Assembly: GCA_030141605.1 (NCBI GenBank)
Contig: JAQGDQ010000151.1
Span: forward strand, 372,001 to 436,000
From: Tubiluchus corallicola
Lineage: Eukaryota > Animalia > Priapulida
Direction: 5' to 3'
DNA: 64,000 bases
Numbering within the stretch: the stretch's first letter is position 1; every line of letters starts with the position of its first letter. Below the pieces are notes generated by a model. That model saw nothing but the letters and a program-made list of their open reading frames with translations, was not told the origin of the DNA and searched no databases. The position numbers and the translations under genes are program-made. This document shows, piece after piece, positions 1 to 13,395 of the stretch.

Positions 1-2
1 CG

Positions 3-197
3 GTTATGGTTGTGGCAACGCCTGGTCGACCAGCTCAACTACCTCAGACTGTGGTAGTCAATGAACAGCAGAATACTGATCAGTCTAATTGTGTGTGTAA
101 CTTAAAACCTATGCACATATGTAAAAATTGCGGTGCCTTTTGTCATGATGATTGTATTGGACCCTCAAAACTTTGTGTGACTTGTTTAATACGGTAG
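3..197 (+). CDS. ASXL: 3' end of the last coding exon of an Additional sex combs (Asx/ASXL) polycomb protein, encoding the C-terminal atypical PHD finger; gene begins before the window
   Basis: [35 protein letters not shown] matches the highly conserved ASXL C-terminus (C-x-C...[22 protein letters not shown]). Stop TAG at 195-197. Confidence 0.95.
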   Translation, partial: VMVVATPGRPAQLPQTVVVNEQQNTDQSNCVCNLKPMHICKNCGAFCHDDCIGPSKLCVTCLIR

Positions 198-2531
198 CAG
201 AAAAGCCACAGTTTAGAAAAGCTTCACCGTATTAGTGTGTTACGTGTTTTTATATCGGGACATACTTATATTTATTAGACTGGCACTCAACTGCTATACA
301 TAATTAATATAACAGCAGAAATCTTTATGCAAAAGCCTTGATTGTGTTTATAGGAACTGGCATTGCCTATCAAATCAATTGTGTTGATAACAAAACTGTG
401 ATGATAATTTCAATTATTATTTTCATGCTGTAAACCTATGTTGTGTGGTGACAACATGTAGTTCATTGTAGCCTTATTATTGTAATAATTTTATTCAGTT
501 GGTTTTCACTTACTGTGAATTCTTTATTGCTGCACAATGACCTATAGATTGAAGGATACTCAAACTATCTTTATTTTTGCTTGTATTTAATTATTCCTGC
601 CACCACAATTTTACTTTAGCCATCATTTTAGAAATGTTTTATTATGGTTGGTTGTTTTTAACTGTGACCAAGTTGCACATTGGGTAGTAGCGCTCTCTGA
701 GAGAAGCACTGGTTGAGCAATTTTTGCATCTGAATTTGTTGTGTAGTACAAATGTTTTTATTCATAACAACCAATTTTCTTAAGACAATGAGGTAACTTT
801 ATTCAGTTTTGTGAGCTTTCTCAGGTTAGACATGTTTTTCCTCATGCATATTTTAGACATCTAGAGTTTGATTTCTTTTTCGTTTAAGGAAAGTAGTGCT
901 GTTGAAACATTTCCTGTAAATTTTAGCAATGCAATTCTGTGAGGATATTTAGTATAGTAGTCCAAATGACAATTATGTTGCCTCGATCATTTGTCCGTTT
1001 GAAGCATTGTTGTACACTTAAAATACAAATTAATTGGCTAAACTAGAAGTCATTTTTTATGAACATCTCATGGGCTGGCATGTAAGTGTTGTGATGCAGT
1101 CTACTGGATAGAAAAATAATCAGCAAAACGACTTCACCGGTGCAACAGTTAGTAAACCAGTAAAGTAGCATTTGAAATAGTTAGGTAGAGATCACTATGT
1201 TATCTTGTTTTGGCACTAGCTGTACTGCATAAATTTAGTTACATCTGTAGTATTCCCCTCAACACTGTTGTTTTGTACACACATATTTTTGCTTATACCC
1301 AGCTTACATAAATCGTTAATTAAGGCTAGTTATATGGCGCTGTATTCGCAAAGGTAATCCAGTAATTAATGTTTTCATGTTAAACAGCAAATGCGTTGAA
1401 AGGCCTTCATTGCACACAACTTTGTGCATATTCTCTTACATATAAATTAACAACATAATAGCAATTCTTACAACTATGTGCAATTTTTTGCTGTTGTAAT
1501 AAACTGACTAAAAGTGACACTATATATCACGACGTCAGTGCCACCTCCAAATTGCAGAAAGCCATATTCATATAAAAAACAAGTTAAAATTGCAGAATTT
1601 TGTTCATTTTAATTCCGAAATGGTGATATGCATTTTGTAAATATTGTATTTATTATAATTTCCTCTATTTGTTATGTAGACGATCTTCCCAATATTGTTT
1701 TAGTTATATCCACTTTTTAGTCAAACAATCTTATTTTAGTTATGAACAAATTTTTGTAAATAGCTGTACTATAATTGTGTGATATAACTTAACTGGATTC
1801 TTTCTGGGTTTTTTACTAGGAATTCTGAGTATTTTTCATATCTTTTTCTGTTAGCATTTTGGCATTCAAAGTATAATAATAATATTAATATAGTTTTCAT
1901 ATCATGAACAACTTTATTGTTTATTGTTTTATTACAGAAAAGTCTTCGTAGAAAAAGGGGAACTTTATATAACTTGTTTACGTCACTTAAAACATCCTCA
2001 CTTTGCACGAACATAATACATGTAACGTTTTGCTGAGTAGCTACATGATAACACAGCAATAAAACTAACAAGTACACAAAAGATGGACCACAGTAAATAG
2101 TCACAGTAAAGGTTATTAGCAAAACATTAGGTTAGTCAAATATCACAGACACTATAATGCAATACAAATATTAAACTTCATTTGAGTCATGTATTGCTAA
2201 TTTAAGCAGAGTTTGACCTAATTTTAGTCTCACTACAATTATCACAATTTCATTAACTTAAAGAAATTTATTACTGCTTACCACACGAAATTAAGTAATT
2301 ATATAAAAAAAATATATGATTGGCACTTAATTGCTTAATTTCTCCAATATAGCTTATTTAAACAATATAAATAAAATACATCTGTAGACCATTGTTCTTT
2401 AGTTTTTGACATATTTATTACTTCGGTTATATTAGCACCACACCCTTGTTTAAGCTCCACTCTGGAATACATACAATCTTTCTCAAATCAGCTTTAAATG
2501 AAAACTATGAGCAAAGAAACTCATCGAAACT

Positions 2532-5500
2532 TTACTTAATCAACACGTACGTAGCATCGGTTGTCACTCCACAGTTGTTATCCAATCTGCTCATCAGCAC
2601 GTATCCATTATTGCCCCAATAAGTTGACCAGGAGTTTTTAATAAGCCAGTAGGGTTTGCCGTCTAGACTTCCATAACCGACGGCGAGCACAGCATGATCT
2701 AAATCATCTGGAGTATTACCTGTATTGATTAAAAAACAAGCAACTAAAACACCACAATTTTCACATAAAGAAGTTATAATGGATTGTAATACACAGTTAT
2801 ACATATGTCAAATTCAGCACCATAATAACATTGCCGCTGCTTTACACACTATATGCCTTGTTGATAAAATCTTGAATTTGAAATGATCCATCGACTGGCC
2901 TACAGTTTCTTCACTTATATTACTTACCACATTTTGGCTCATAATAGACGCCATTTGAGTAGAAGCTGAGCGACTTGTGTGAAGCATCAATCCCTACGGC
3001 TACTGGACCAAATTTCCATAGTGCTATCAATAGCGCTTTTTCATCTCCAGATGTCACATTGACATAACCAGACACTTTGGTAGCAACCTTTGCTCCATCG
3101 AAATGACAATAGGAATCCTAAAATACAAATAATTATCAGCAAGTAACTATGAAGAAGTGTATGACCACTTGTGATAAATAGACTGGATTACAAATTCTTT
3201 TACAAAGTACATAAAGACAGCAAGAAGACAGTTAGGCATGCGAAATAAAAGAGACAAGGCTTCGACATTGCTGACAAGTTGTTGAACAACTTGTCGAAAC
3301 TTAAAATTGAAGAGGCTAAAAAAAACCAAGAAGTCAAGAAAAGATATAGTTACTCCAAACTTTCAAAGATTTTCACAAGGAACCATTAATTTCACATAAC
3401 TATATGCAGCTTTAAGACACTTGAGAAAAGCATGGTATTTGTTAAAAAGTCTGGCACAGTTTCAATGACTTGAAGCCTATGGAAACCAAGAAAATAACTC
3501 CATACTTGTCCTAGGTATGGTCCATAGGAATCTTCGGACATGATACCTCCATGTTTCATTGCCCATTCGTATGCTCTCCACTCCTCACCTCCATCGCATG
3601 CATTGTTTCCAAAGCCCCACGAACAATCCATGATATTCTGTTGTGATAATCTTATTAACTGCCCGGTTTTCATGAAGAGAGCACCCTCAATGGCTCCAGT
3701 CGAGCCAAAACTCCAACAAGAACCGCAGACAGCCTGGTCTTTAACTTGAGTTACAGCACCTGTGAAAAATTACTTGTTAAAGAAGTCTATATAACTCTAG
3801 TATTACTAGAAGCAATAATACTTCATTTGTTGTTTACATATTTTTATTTCCATTCCATTTCTTATTCTAGGAATCCTGTCGACCCATGTTAATTCTGCAA
3901 ATTCTTTGAAAACAGTTACTTTCTAGTATTTTTTATACAGTATAAACACATTTATTTATCAACAAGATTAACAGTTATATGTATATATACCTAGAACCTT
4001 ACTTAGTTCATTTTTTCCCAAGCAAGATCCTGCTAGTAAATCACTCTACACACAGACTAATGCATAATTAAGTCCACGTAAAGCAGCTGAAGTTACTGAA
4101 CTGATATGGCAGAGAGTCTTACTTAACACACATGTCACACAACTTTTGTAGTTAAGACGTGTTGCTGTGTATATATATATATATACACAGCAACACAGCA
4201 ACACATATATATACACAGCAACAGACGTGTTGCTGTGTATATATATATACACAGCAACACGTCTTAACTACAAAAGTTGTGTGACGACATGTGTGTTAAG
4301 TATATATATATATATATGTATACACACATGTATATATATATAACGACATTCCATCAAAATGTCGTTTCCCATAAGAGGACATTCTTACTTAGACTTTGGA
4401 CTGTTAAATAATCGTGCGAATGTAGAAGTGCCATCAGAGTGGTGGGAAGAGCTGAGGAATGCACATACGAAGCCAGGTCCATTCCAGGTCTGAAAAGTTG
4501 GAATGAACTAAGTAAGGTTCTAGTTAGCTGTTAAAACTGTTACTGTTACAACAGCATGGACTGCGAAGCGTTGTCAAGTGTACCCAAATGCGTTGTCTGG
4601 TACACTTAACCTTTGACATCTTCACGATTGATGGAACTGTGAAAAGGCTTATTTTCAGCCTATCCATGTCAAATTACTGTAGCACTATGATACAAATGCT
4701 TACCATACAGTCGCCAGTCTAAATTTTCTGGCAAATCTACATCGTCATATAATTTCTTGTTGAACGCTTGTCCATTCGGATGAGGAGATGTCAGTCGTCC
4801 TCTTGTGCGTCTCAACTCCTCTTTAGTGTGATCCGCAAAATGATTTACAGCAAGAGTATAGCCCAGACCTGCCCTGTTTACAGACTGGATATACCTGGAA
4901 AAAACACTAACTGGTATCTCCATACTGTTATATGGGAGTACTTCAGTTTCTAGTCGTCTCTATTAATAAAATAAAATTTCAAGCCAACCCACAGGCTTAC
5001 ACGCCAAAACCACAATTTAATACCACAACATAACTCTGTGTCAACTCATTTCAGTCAATCTCTTCTTGTACTTACAATCTTATTTATTTTGAAGAAATAC
5101 AAATATAGGAGTATGTAGCAGAGAACTTCTTACCTGCTCATTCTATTACTTGATCCTTATTTGCAGAATAAACAACAATGTAAGATTATTTGTATTTTAA
5201 GCACATTTTGTGTTCATGTTTCACTTTTTTGAGAAAAATATTGTTTAAACTATGATGAATATGTCTAAAGTGAAATCACAATCACATGAGAAAAAGTGCA
5301 CTGTTACTACTCCGTTTCCGTAATTTTAAACAAACTTAATACGGTATAACTTCACACAAGGCATTTTAAAAATAAATCAGTAAATGATTTACATTTATGT
5401 AGTACTCATCTTTATTTGATTTTGCACAAATGTATGTAATGCACCTAATCAATGATTGTGGTAACTATTACACTTTGGTATCCTAATTCTGCATCCTAAA

Positions 5501-8500
5501 ACAGCTTTAACAAACTTTATGCTGTACCTTGGTTAAAGAACAAATATTGCCATCTATCACTTTACTTTGACTGTCAACCCATAGTTGCACTCCACTGTGA
5601 TCAATGTAAAGTACAGATCAAGCCATTTTAGAAATCAAAATTTGAAGTAATTTGCTCAATTACTACTTTGTACTACAAAATTAATAGTACAGATATAGCT
5701 GCACCACAATTCCTTAAAATAAGCAGCAAACTATAATCCTAATAACACTCTTGATAAAAATAGGGCTACAAAACTCACCGCAAATTATTCCTAAATATGT
5801 GCAATCGCTGTCGATGCTCTTCATCAGTACCATATCTGACTTTGTGCTTATTTTTAAAATCATGAAATTGTTGATCAATGTAAAAATCGTCATTATGGAT
5901 GTATTCCCTCATGGGATTGGCTTCGACGTGTTGTATACCAGCTCCAGGCCCAGGAAATCCACCACACTTTAAACCTGTAAAAATGGACAAATGGAGAGTG
6001 CACAGGTGTGCAGCAAAATGAATTGTTGTTCCTATTAAACTTTCTCAAATACAACATTCTAGAAAAAGATTATGTAACTTTTAAACTACAATGCCCAGAA
6101 AAGGACAGTGGTCACACAGATAAAGGGTTGCAGTAATAGGGTTGAAAAATGGTTAAAGATTCGAGACTATTGTAACAAATCTGTTTTTGACAGAATGCAT
6201 CTGTTACTGTCCTTTTCAAAGTTGTTGATGCAGCAGTTAAAGTGGGAAAGAAATTTCTAATAAAGAGTTTCACAGATTATAGGCCCGATGAAAAAAAAAC
6301 AGGATTTGTATTCTGTATCCAAAATTGTCCAGGTGAAAATATGAAAAGCAGTAGTAAAGTGGACACTTTGAGCTAACTGTCAGCATATAGAAACCAATGA
6401 TGAGGGGTCCAGAAAGCGTTTCACCTTTTAACAGGGATTTCTCCTTAAAAATAGAAAGCCCTTGAGGCAAAAGTGTGCCAAAGTGTTGTGTTTGAATAGA
6501 TGAAAATTTCCTACATTAGCCGATTTCACACATGTGATACCGTGCATTATTACAATGCAAACATTGCAGTTACTGAGCTTTTTCAATTTTTTTGTCAAAA
6601 ATTGATTTTTAATTTGTCTAAGGTAGGCTCTTGCATTTCATATATCATTTTGCATGAAATTCCATTGTGTAAGGAATAGAAACCTATAAAAATTTCAAAA
6701 TATAACTTAATCGCTGCTTGGTGAGATCAGTTTTTCATGAACCCATGCAAAACACAGCAAACGCTTACGGTCCTGAAGGAGTTAAGATTGTTTTTTCAAT
6801 GTTATTGGGACTCTCCAGTTCGATTTGAGACCAGAATTTTAAGAAAATTACAATCTCAGCAATATCAAAACTGGTGATAGCTTCCCAGGAAATCCTTTTG
6901 TATATGATATATTCAAGCAATGCTGATTCTGTTCAACACCTAGATGAATCAGAGTCACTAAGGCCATAATATTAATACTTATGGAAATACAAAATAAACA
7001 ATTAATTTGTTACTTATAACATATAAGGACATACCATCAGGAACTTCAAAAATGCTTTGATTTATCAAGCCTGTGTCATCATAATTTGCGTATTCAATGT
7101 AGTATTTATCATAATGGGAACCGAGAAGTGTATCATAGCCATGCATCTCGTAGCGAACCGGTAACTGATCGGCATCATCCGTTACCCACAGGTAGTATTT
7201 GTTCGTTTTACCACCAATCGTAGTGATATTTTGCCAAACGGTGCAATTTCGTCCATTGATGAAATCGTTCTTGAAAGGCTGATAAAAATTAAAACACAGT
7301 AAAGGGTTAAAACACATTAAAGCACAGAAAAAGTTATGATTAACTTTCACGTAAGTCGCCTGTGAGATATACAGTACAACTTTAAAATCATGTAGACAAA
7401 TTCTGCAAGCTTGTTCCACCTAAGAAAAGCTTGAAAAGAAGTGACTTTATTTTTTGTGCATCATTTTAACTGAATGTAATTCTGTTTGAATATAATGGTA
7501 TTTAAAAAATCCACTGCACTAAAAAATCCAAAAAACAAGTTCATCAATCTCTACAAAGTACTCATCAGAACTAATAGTAGCACATAGTTATTTGTAGGAG
7601 TGCGCAACTCTGCAAATTAGTGGTGTTGTATCACTTTGTCACACTAAATGACAACATGATAACTAAATCATCTGGTAACTAACCAAAATGGTAACTAAAT
7701 CATTTATCGCATAACCAACTAATGAACTAATATTGTACACATTTAAAAAGTAAACAATTGCAATTTCTGTTATGACTAGCTAATCATTTAAGCTTAGTTA
7801 ACTATAGTGTTCTTGAAGCAAAGAAAAAATCTAAATAACTTATAATAGTAAAACGGTACAGACAAGAATCCTACTCGGGTTGCTAAAATCTCATATATCA
7901 ACCAACAAGGCAAAGAGAATTTTCTGCTCACCTGAAAACCAGTAGTATCAGGTAACACTGATTGCATACTAATCGTAGAATTAGCAGTTCCATTGACTTG
8001 GAAGCAGGTTTTCACATTTGCTTCCTTTTCATTTGTCATTGGAGCAATCTTGTAATTATTTCCATACGGCATTTGGTCTGACCTTTGTAGTGTCATAACC
8101 ATTCCTAGAGGCAGCAAGAGATGAGAGAAATGTTTAAAAAGAGACACCAAAGGAGACATTTTTTTTGAAAGACGAGTGTGCAGTGCGTAGTTCAGGTGCA
8201 AAAGAAACTTTTCGGATAGATTAACATAAAATTTCTTTACTGATAGGTAGTTTTAAAAAAATTGGTAACAGTCAGATCTGCTTAAGATGTATCTGAGTAA
8301 ATTTCCAGTTTATGGCAATTGCAGATAAAAACTTGTAGAGAAATGCCTTCCAAACAAGCAGCTGAACTTGAAAACCTAGTGATAATTTCTTTTTCTGATG
8401 ACACTAGCCAGACAACAATTTTTAAATTAATTATTTTTTTCAGAATTACCACTTAGCATATTTTGATAAATTTGACTAGCCTTCCTATAATCCCCTTGCG

Positions 8501-8924
8501 GGAATTGTTTTGATCCTTAAAAGACTATTGTGTAGAGTCTGGAATGGTCTAATGCACTTTTTAATGAAAAATTATTTGTATAACAACTATTACAGTCATA
8601 CAATACATTTAAGGCATCTAGGAACTAACACCAACTAGTAACCAGTCCTATGAAAGCACATTGAGAACTGTTAATACATGTAATAAAACTTACCTCCATA
8701 GTAATCAACTCTGCTTTTCCTGTTAGTCATGTCAAACCAAGCATCAAAAGGTTCTTCAATTTCTGCATATGGAAGTGACAAGACGCCACTCACTTGGTAG
8801 ACATCAGCAAATGTTGGCGGTGTCACAGCAAAGCTGGTGTCAAGTACCTCTGTCCACAGTATTTCTCCAGATTTAGCATTAATCACAGATGGCTTGAATT
8901 GGAGTCGTTCACCAGCAGCCACAC
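2532..8924 (-). CDS. 26/29-kDa proteinase / CfaD-like papain-family (C1A) cysteine protease with N-terminal extension and I29 propeptide. Exons: 8924-8694, 8104-7932, 7278-7035, 5974-5779, 4894-4704, 3759-3506, 3117-2928, 2719-2532. The start/signal-peptide exon is unresolved.
   Basis: All eight exons have canonical splice sites with compatible phases (1667 nt plus 1 nt from upstream = 556 codons). Catalytic motifs [21 protein letters not shown] and WLIKNSW are present. I29 propeptide features (F..FK.KH...Y...EE...R..IF..N; LAVNHFAD) and LPENLDWR are present. N-terminal [17 protein letters not shown]...SRVDYYGG and [20 protein letters not shown] are typical of 26/29-kDa proteinases. Confidence 0.93.
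4120..4302. repeat. Intronic palindrome (~180 bp) with nested inner hairpins around (TA)n
   Basis: TACTTAACACACATGTCACACAACTTTTGTAGTTAAGACGTGTTGCTGTG(TA)n is mirrored by (TA)nCACAGCAACACGTCTTAACTACAAAAGTTGTGTGACGACATGTGTGTTAAGTA, with a 3-bp indel. Confidence 0.9.
4344..4493 (+). pseudogene. DNA-transposase relic (GHS-type motif, probably Sola1-like) in a protease intron
   Basis: Translates as [49 protein letters not shown]. This resembles the invertebrate transposase motif FPxRGHSYLPCDRDFG...PxxW...R.KP.PF.V, with a few residues deleted. Confidence 0.6.
6400..6785. mobile_element. Possible remnant of a TTAA-type non-autonomous DNA transposon; only the right end is visible
   Basis: Ends in GGTCCTGAAGGAG-TTAA, resembling piggyBac-like MITE termini. 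No matching left end found. Confidence 0.3.
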
Positions 8925-11900
8925 CTAAAGTTAAAAATTTCATTAATGGAAAGGCATACATTGCATTAACAGCCAACTCTGTACAAAGCTCTGAACTATA
9001 TGATTAAGAAAGGGGAACGAAATATGTACTTTTTGTTTGCTAATTCCCATACTGAAAAAATAAAAGATTAATGTTGTTTCATGTGATAAACTTGTTACAT
9101 ATCATTTACCTCACTACTTATTACAATTATTTGGTACTGAAGGCTGGCATTGCTTAAAGCATCTAATAGCTATTAAACTGATTAGCTGACAGAGTACTAC
9201 AGTAATGTAATCGGTGGTAAGTACTGTACAGGTACTTGGAACATGCTTCTAAATTATTGACTCCATTCTTTTTGATGTTATATGTAAACTTGTATAACAT
9301 TTTGGTAAACTGGCACTTTAAATTTATTATCAATGATTGTGAATTTATGAATATGTGTGCTATGATTGCAAATTTATGAATAGGCAGTGGATAGAGGTAC
9401 AGATCTGTACTCAACTTTTCTGCAATGCTGAATACGAATCCGTATTCGTAGCTATTTTTGCAACAAACACGGATCCGTGCTTTTTGTGACATTTACAAAA
9501 CATACGGATTTTGACAATTTTTACGACATCTGGCGTACCATGTGCCCTGCACATCATTGTTACATGCACCTGTTGCCAGGTATGCTATGAATATTACAAC
9601 GTGCCACTATTACTTGCTTGGTTTATTATTTTGTTTGTCATTGTAAACAGTTTAAAGCATCTTTATGTGAGCCAGGTCCCATATTAATTAGTTATATTAT
9701 TATTAAGCTGTATTACAATCAATGACTGCCATATTCCAATTCAATTTTTGTAGCATTTTATACGTCATTTCTATTAAAAAAACCATTTTACAAATTCGCA
9801 TTTAACTAAAGGTTGCAATAAGTATAATTATGTTCGATTATCATACTAATCCACTTTATATTGAGTAAAAACATCAAGTTACTTCACTTTCTCTATGATT
9901 CCTCGGGGTTAAAGATTTGAATAGGCCGAGATTTATACTGTGTAATGTATAAAGCTAGTTCATGAAAACTAGTTAATTTGCTGATTAGAAAGCAATAATT
10001 TCTGTTTGTGAATTAAAACCTAAATTTTGTATCCTTAATGCCGAAAAACAGTTACAAAACTCCTTACTGAACTATTTCGGCCACTTAAAGGCCTCAAATG
10101 TCTATTGCTCCAACGTAAGGACTACTTGTTGCTGTAATTATGTGATTAATTATGCTGTACGTAAAGTGTTTGTTTGAAGAGTTTTTGACCGATGACCCTG
10201 TCAAAAAAATTTTGTGCACTGTGAGTGTAGAATGCTCATTTAGTAATACAGCAAAGCATTTTGATACTTCAAAAACAAACTTTTAGAATTTTGTATTTTT
10301 TAAAAAAATGTTCTAACTGAATAATTAAATTCTAACAATTTTGCCACTATGCAGACAATAACTAACTGTTGTTGCAATTTCCTTAGAGTTACATGAAAAG
10401 CAGCAGAACTCCAGTAAAAAACATTTTATAATTATTAAAAATTAAAACGGGCATGCACAGTAATAGGATATTCACATTCTTTTACAAGTATTTATCAGTA
10501 GAAATATTAACTAATGTCAAACAAGTATCCTAAAACTTATGTAATCTATTACTTATTAAATGTTCAAGCACTAAGAATGTTAATTAGTGAGATAAAGCTG
10601 TTACAATGGGAAGACGCATATATATTCAATTGATAATATAAACATGTTCATATCAGAAAAAATTAAATGTTCAGCGTAATATAAGGAAAAAGTTTTTTTT
10701 AGTCTAATCCTGTTGTTTTTCGTATGCAAACGGGGGATAAACGCTCCTTTCAAAAATAGGCAGACACTAGGTTTACGCTAAAGTAATAAAGATGACTCGC
10801 TCACCATAATATGACAGAGTGTTGCGCGCATTCACCGAGTGTCCTATCTAGGGATTACGTAGTAATATAGATATCTATGAGGATATTCAATTTTACTCAA
10901 TCCACGGATCTTGCAGATATTTACAATTGTGGAGTTTAAGGTTGCGGATAAACAAGAAAGTGATATATTGGCCCTCTCTGACGGCGATCCGCATTTCTCG
11001 TCAATATTTCGCGGTATGGCAATCCGTATTTTGTCGTTAATATTGTTCACACTATTCTAGTGTATGCTTTCGAACCACGGATCCGTATTTTTAGTTGCTG
11101 AATAACATCAAGCTTTTTATTGTAAATGGGTTAGGAGAGAATTGAACATGAATTGTCGCCATTTATACCCGCTATACACTAAAACCGATAAAAATCAGAT
11201 TGCTAATGTACGCTTTGCCATAATCTCACTTGTTCTAGTTGCATACTTTGTATGGCATGTATTACATGTAAATCATGAATCCATTTGTAATATAGGCTAA
11301 TAGTAAAACGTGACCCCTGTACTAGTATCGATGCACTATAATGAAATATAGTCTTCAAAACTACTTGGTTAAATTTACACAGTGACCCAAGCATTTGATC
11401 CAATTTAAGCTTCCATAGTTCAGCATTTGCAGTCAACTTACTCATAAAAATCACGCATATGGCACACAAGTCGGAAAACATTTTTCCTAATTTATTCAAA
11501 TTACGCAAGAATAAAACAATATCACGAATTAGTGAACTAGAACAGCAAACTGTGCACAAAAACTAAACGCAAAATACTCATGATAGTAATATACCCTAAG
11601 CTGACATGATAAGTTCTGGCAAAAGAACAAAAGTTGAAACGTTTGCCAAAGAATAAAAACAAGCCCTTCCTAAAACCATTCGTATAGTTAAAAATAGTAG
11701 CAAACACCACGATGATTGGTTGGTATCTATTAGGTGATTTTCTGTGATTAACATAATAGTCATCAATAATGAAAAAAAACTTGTATGATAATAGTGCTCT
11801 CAATAGTGGTATGGTTCGATTTTAATGAAACGAAACAAAATTTTGAATGAACGAAAAAATGGAAATGACTGAAAATTGCCATTAATTGTAATAATAACCA

Positions 11901-12072
11901 GAGAAGATCAAACAAAACCACATCTCAACCCTGTTGTGCACATTGGAGTTCAATTCAAAACAAATTATCTCTGCAGCTGTAGTGTTAATCTTGGGCTGAT
12001 TTCTCCAAAAATTCTTTTGGTGATCTGAGTGACAGTGAAGTAGACAACCTATTTGAAGATTTTAATGAACAG

Positions 12073-13240
12073 ATGCAAAAAAGGCAAAAAAAGAGTAGCA
12101 GCATAATACCTGAGCTTACGCCAGTTGCAGACAGTCAGTGGTATGAGCAATGGGTTCAAAATACATTGAACATAAAAGTCAAAATGGTGGAATCAATGCC
12201 GCTAAAGGTAGCATCAAAAATGACATCCGCATCTGCAGGACCAGTTAGGATCCATCTTTCACATCCTGGTCAAAAATGGCAAGTGTTAAAGGCTGCTAAA
12301 GATTTACATAAAAAGAAGGATTGCAAGAATGTCTATGTAAACCCTGATCTCACCTGGCGTGAAAGCGAGGAAAATAAAAAGTTAGTCAGTGAACTAAAGT
12401 CAAGAAGTGCCAAAAGAGAAAAGGTTAAAATACATAAAAACCAAATAGTTAGCATCGACGAAGATAACATTACATGCTCTCCTAAAGCACATTTTTCGAA
12501 CCAGCATTCCGCATTCATGCAGCAACAAGATAGTAATGAAATGGCAGCTTTTACAGAAAGCAATTGTGTATCGATGTCCATGTCACATGCAAATGTCACG
12601 AAATCTGTCATAAGTGAACTTGACTTTCCGGAACAATTACATGAAGATGATAGTGATGCAGGATCAAACAAAAAGACGTCACCTAAAATCTGCTTGCTAC
12701 CTGAACCAAATCAACAACTACAACAAACTACTACCAGTCCTAGGAATAAAACTTCAATTATCACAGGAATGACAGACCAGTATTTAACACCACCATTAAC
12801 TCGCCCAAAATCGGTGGTTACCAAGAAAAAGTGACAAATGAACATCAATCATCCAGCTGTAAATAGTGTAAATATTTCTATTAACAGTGTGCGAACTAAT
12901 ACTGCAAAACTAATAGTGATATTTGAAACCCTGTGCTATACTTCATGATCGCAGTGTGGCCACCTATTATGTTTATTTTTTAAATTGTTAAAGTAAACAA
13001 GGAAGAGTGGAGAGGTTTATATGCTATTTATGCTTAAACTCTATCCTTCGACGGATTACGGATTTTTATTTCACCAAAAAACACTAGCACCCAAAACATT
13101 ACAGAAATTACAGAAAAACTCCAAGTTAGCAGAAACAGTGACAGCAATTCTAATCATGTGCGTTATAGTGAGCAAAAGCTCCATATGGTATAACAAAATG
13201 TTAGGCAGCTCAGTGCTCATGAATTCGAATTTTTAAAGCT
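12073..13240 (+). mobile_element. 5' fragment of a non-LTR retrotransposon: ORF1 C-terminal part followed by a decayed endonuclease start
   Basis: PVRIHL...KWQVLKAAKDL...KNVYVNPDLTWRESEENKKLVSELKSR is the typical CR1/L2/Jockey-group ORF1 C-terminal motif. Downstream, degenerate INSVRTN...VIFET and TRKSGEVYMLF resemble APE motifs (N...ETW; R.GGGV..Y). Confidence 0.7.
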
Positions 13241-13285
13241 GTTTATGTTTTGTGAACCAAAAGTATAGGGGTGCTAGTAATACAT

Positions 13286-13324
<39 letters not shown>

Positions 13325-13395
13325 GTTTATTGACTGATTAAGAGATACTCAAAGATGATGTTTTGGTTCAGTCCATAGTTCACTACAAAAAAGGA

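Noticed and set aside
12073-12834. Host gene of 253 aa
   Set aside because: The motifs match LINE ORF1 and are followed by a decayed endonuclease-like sequence.
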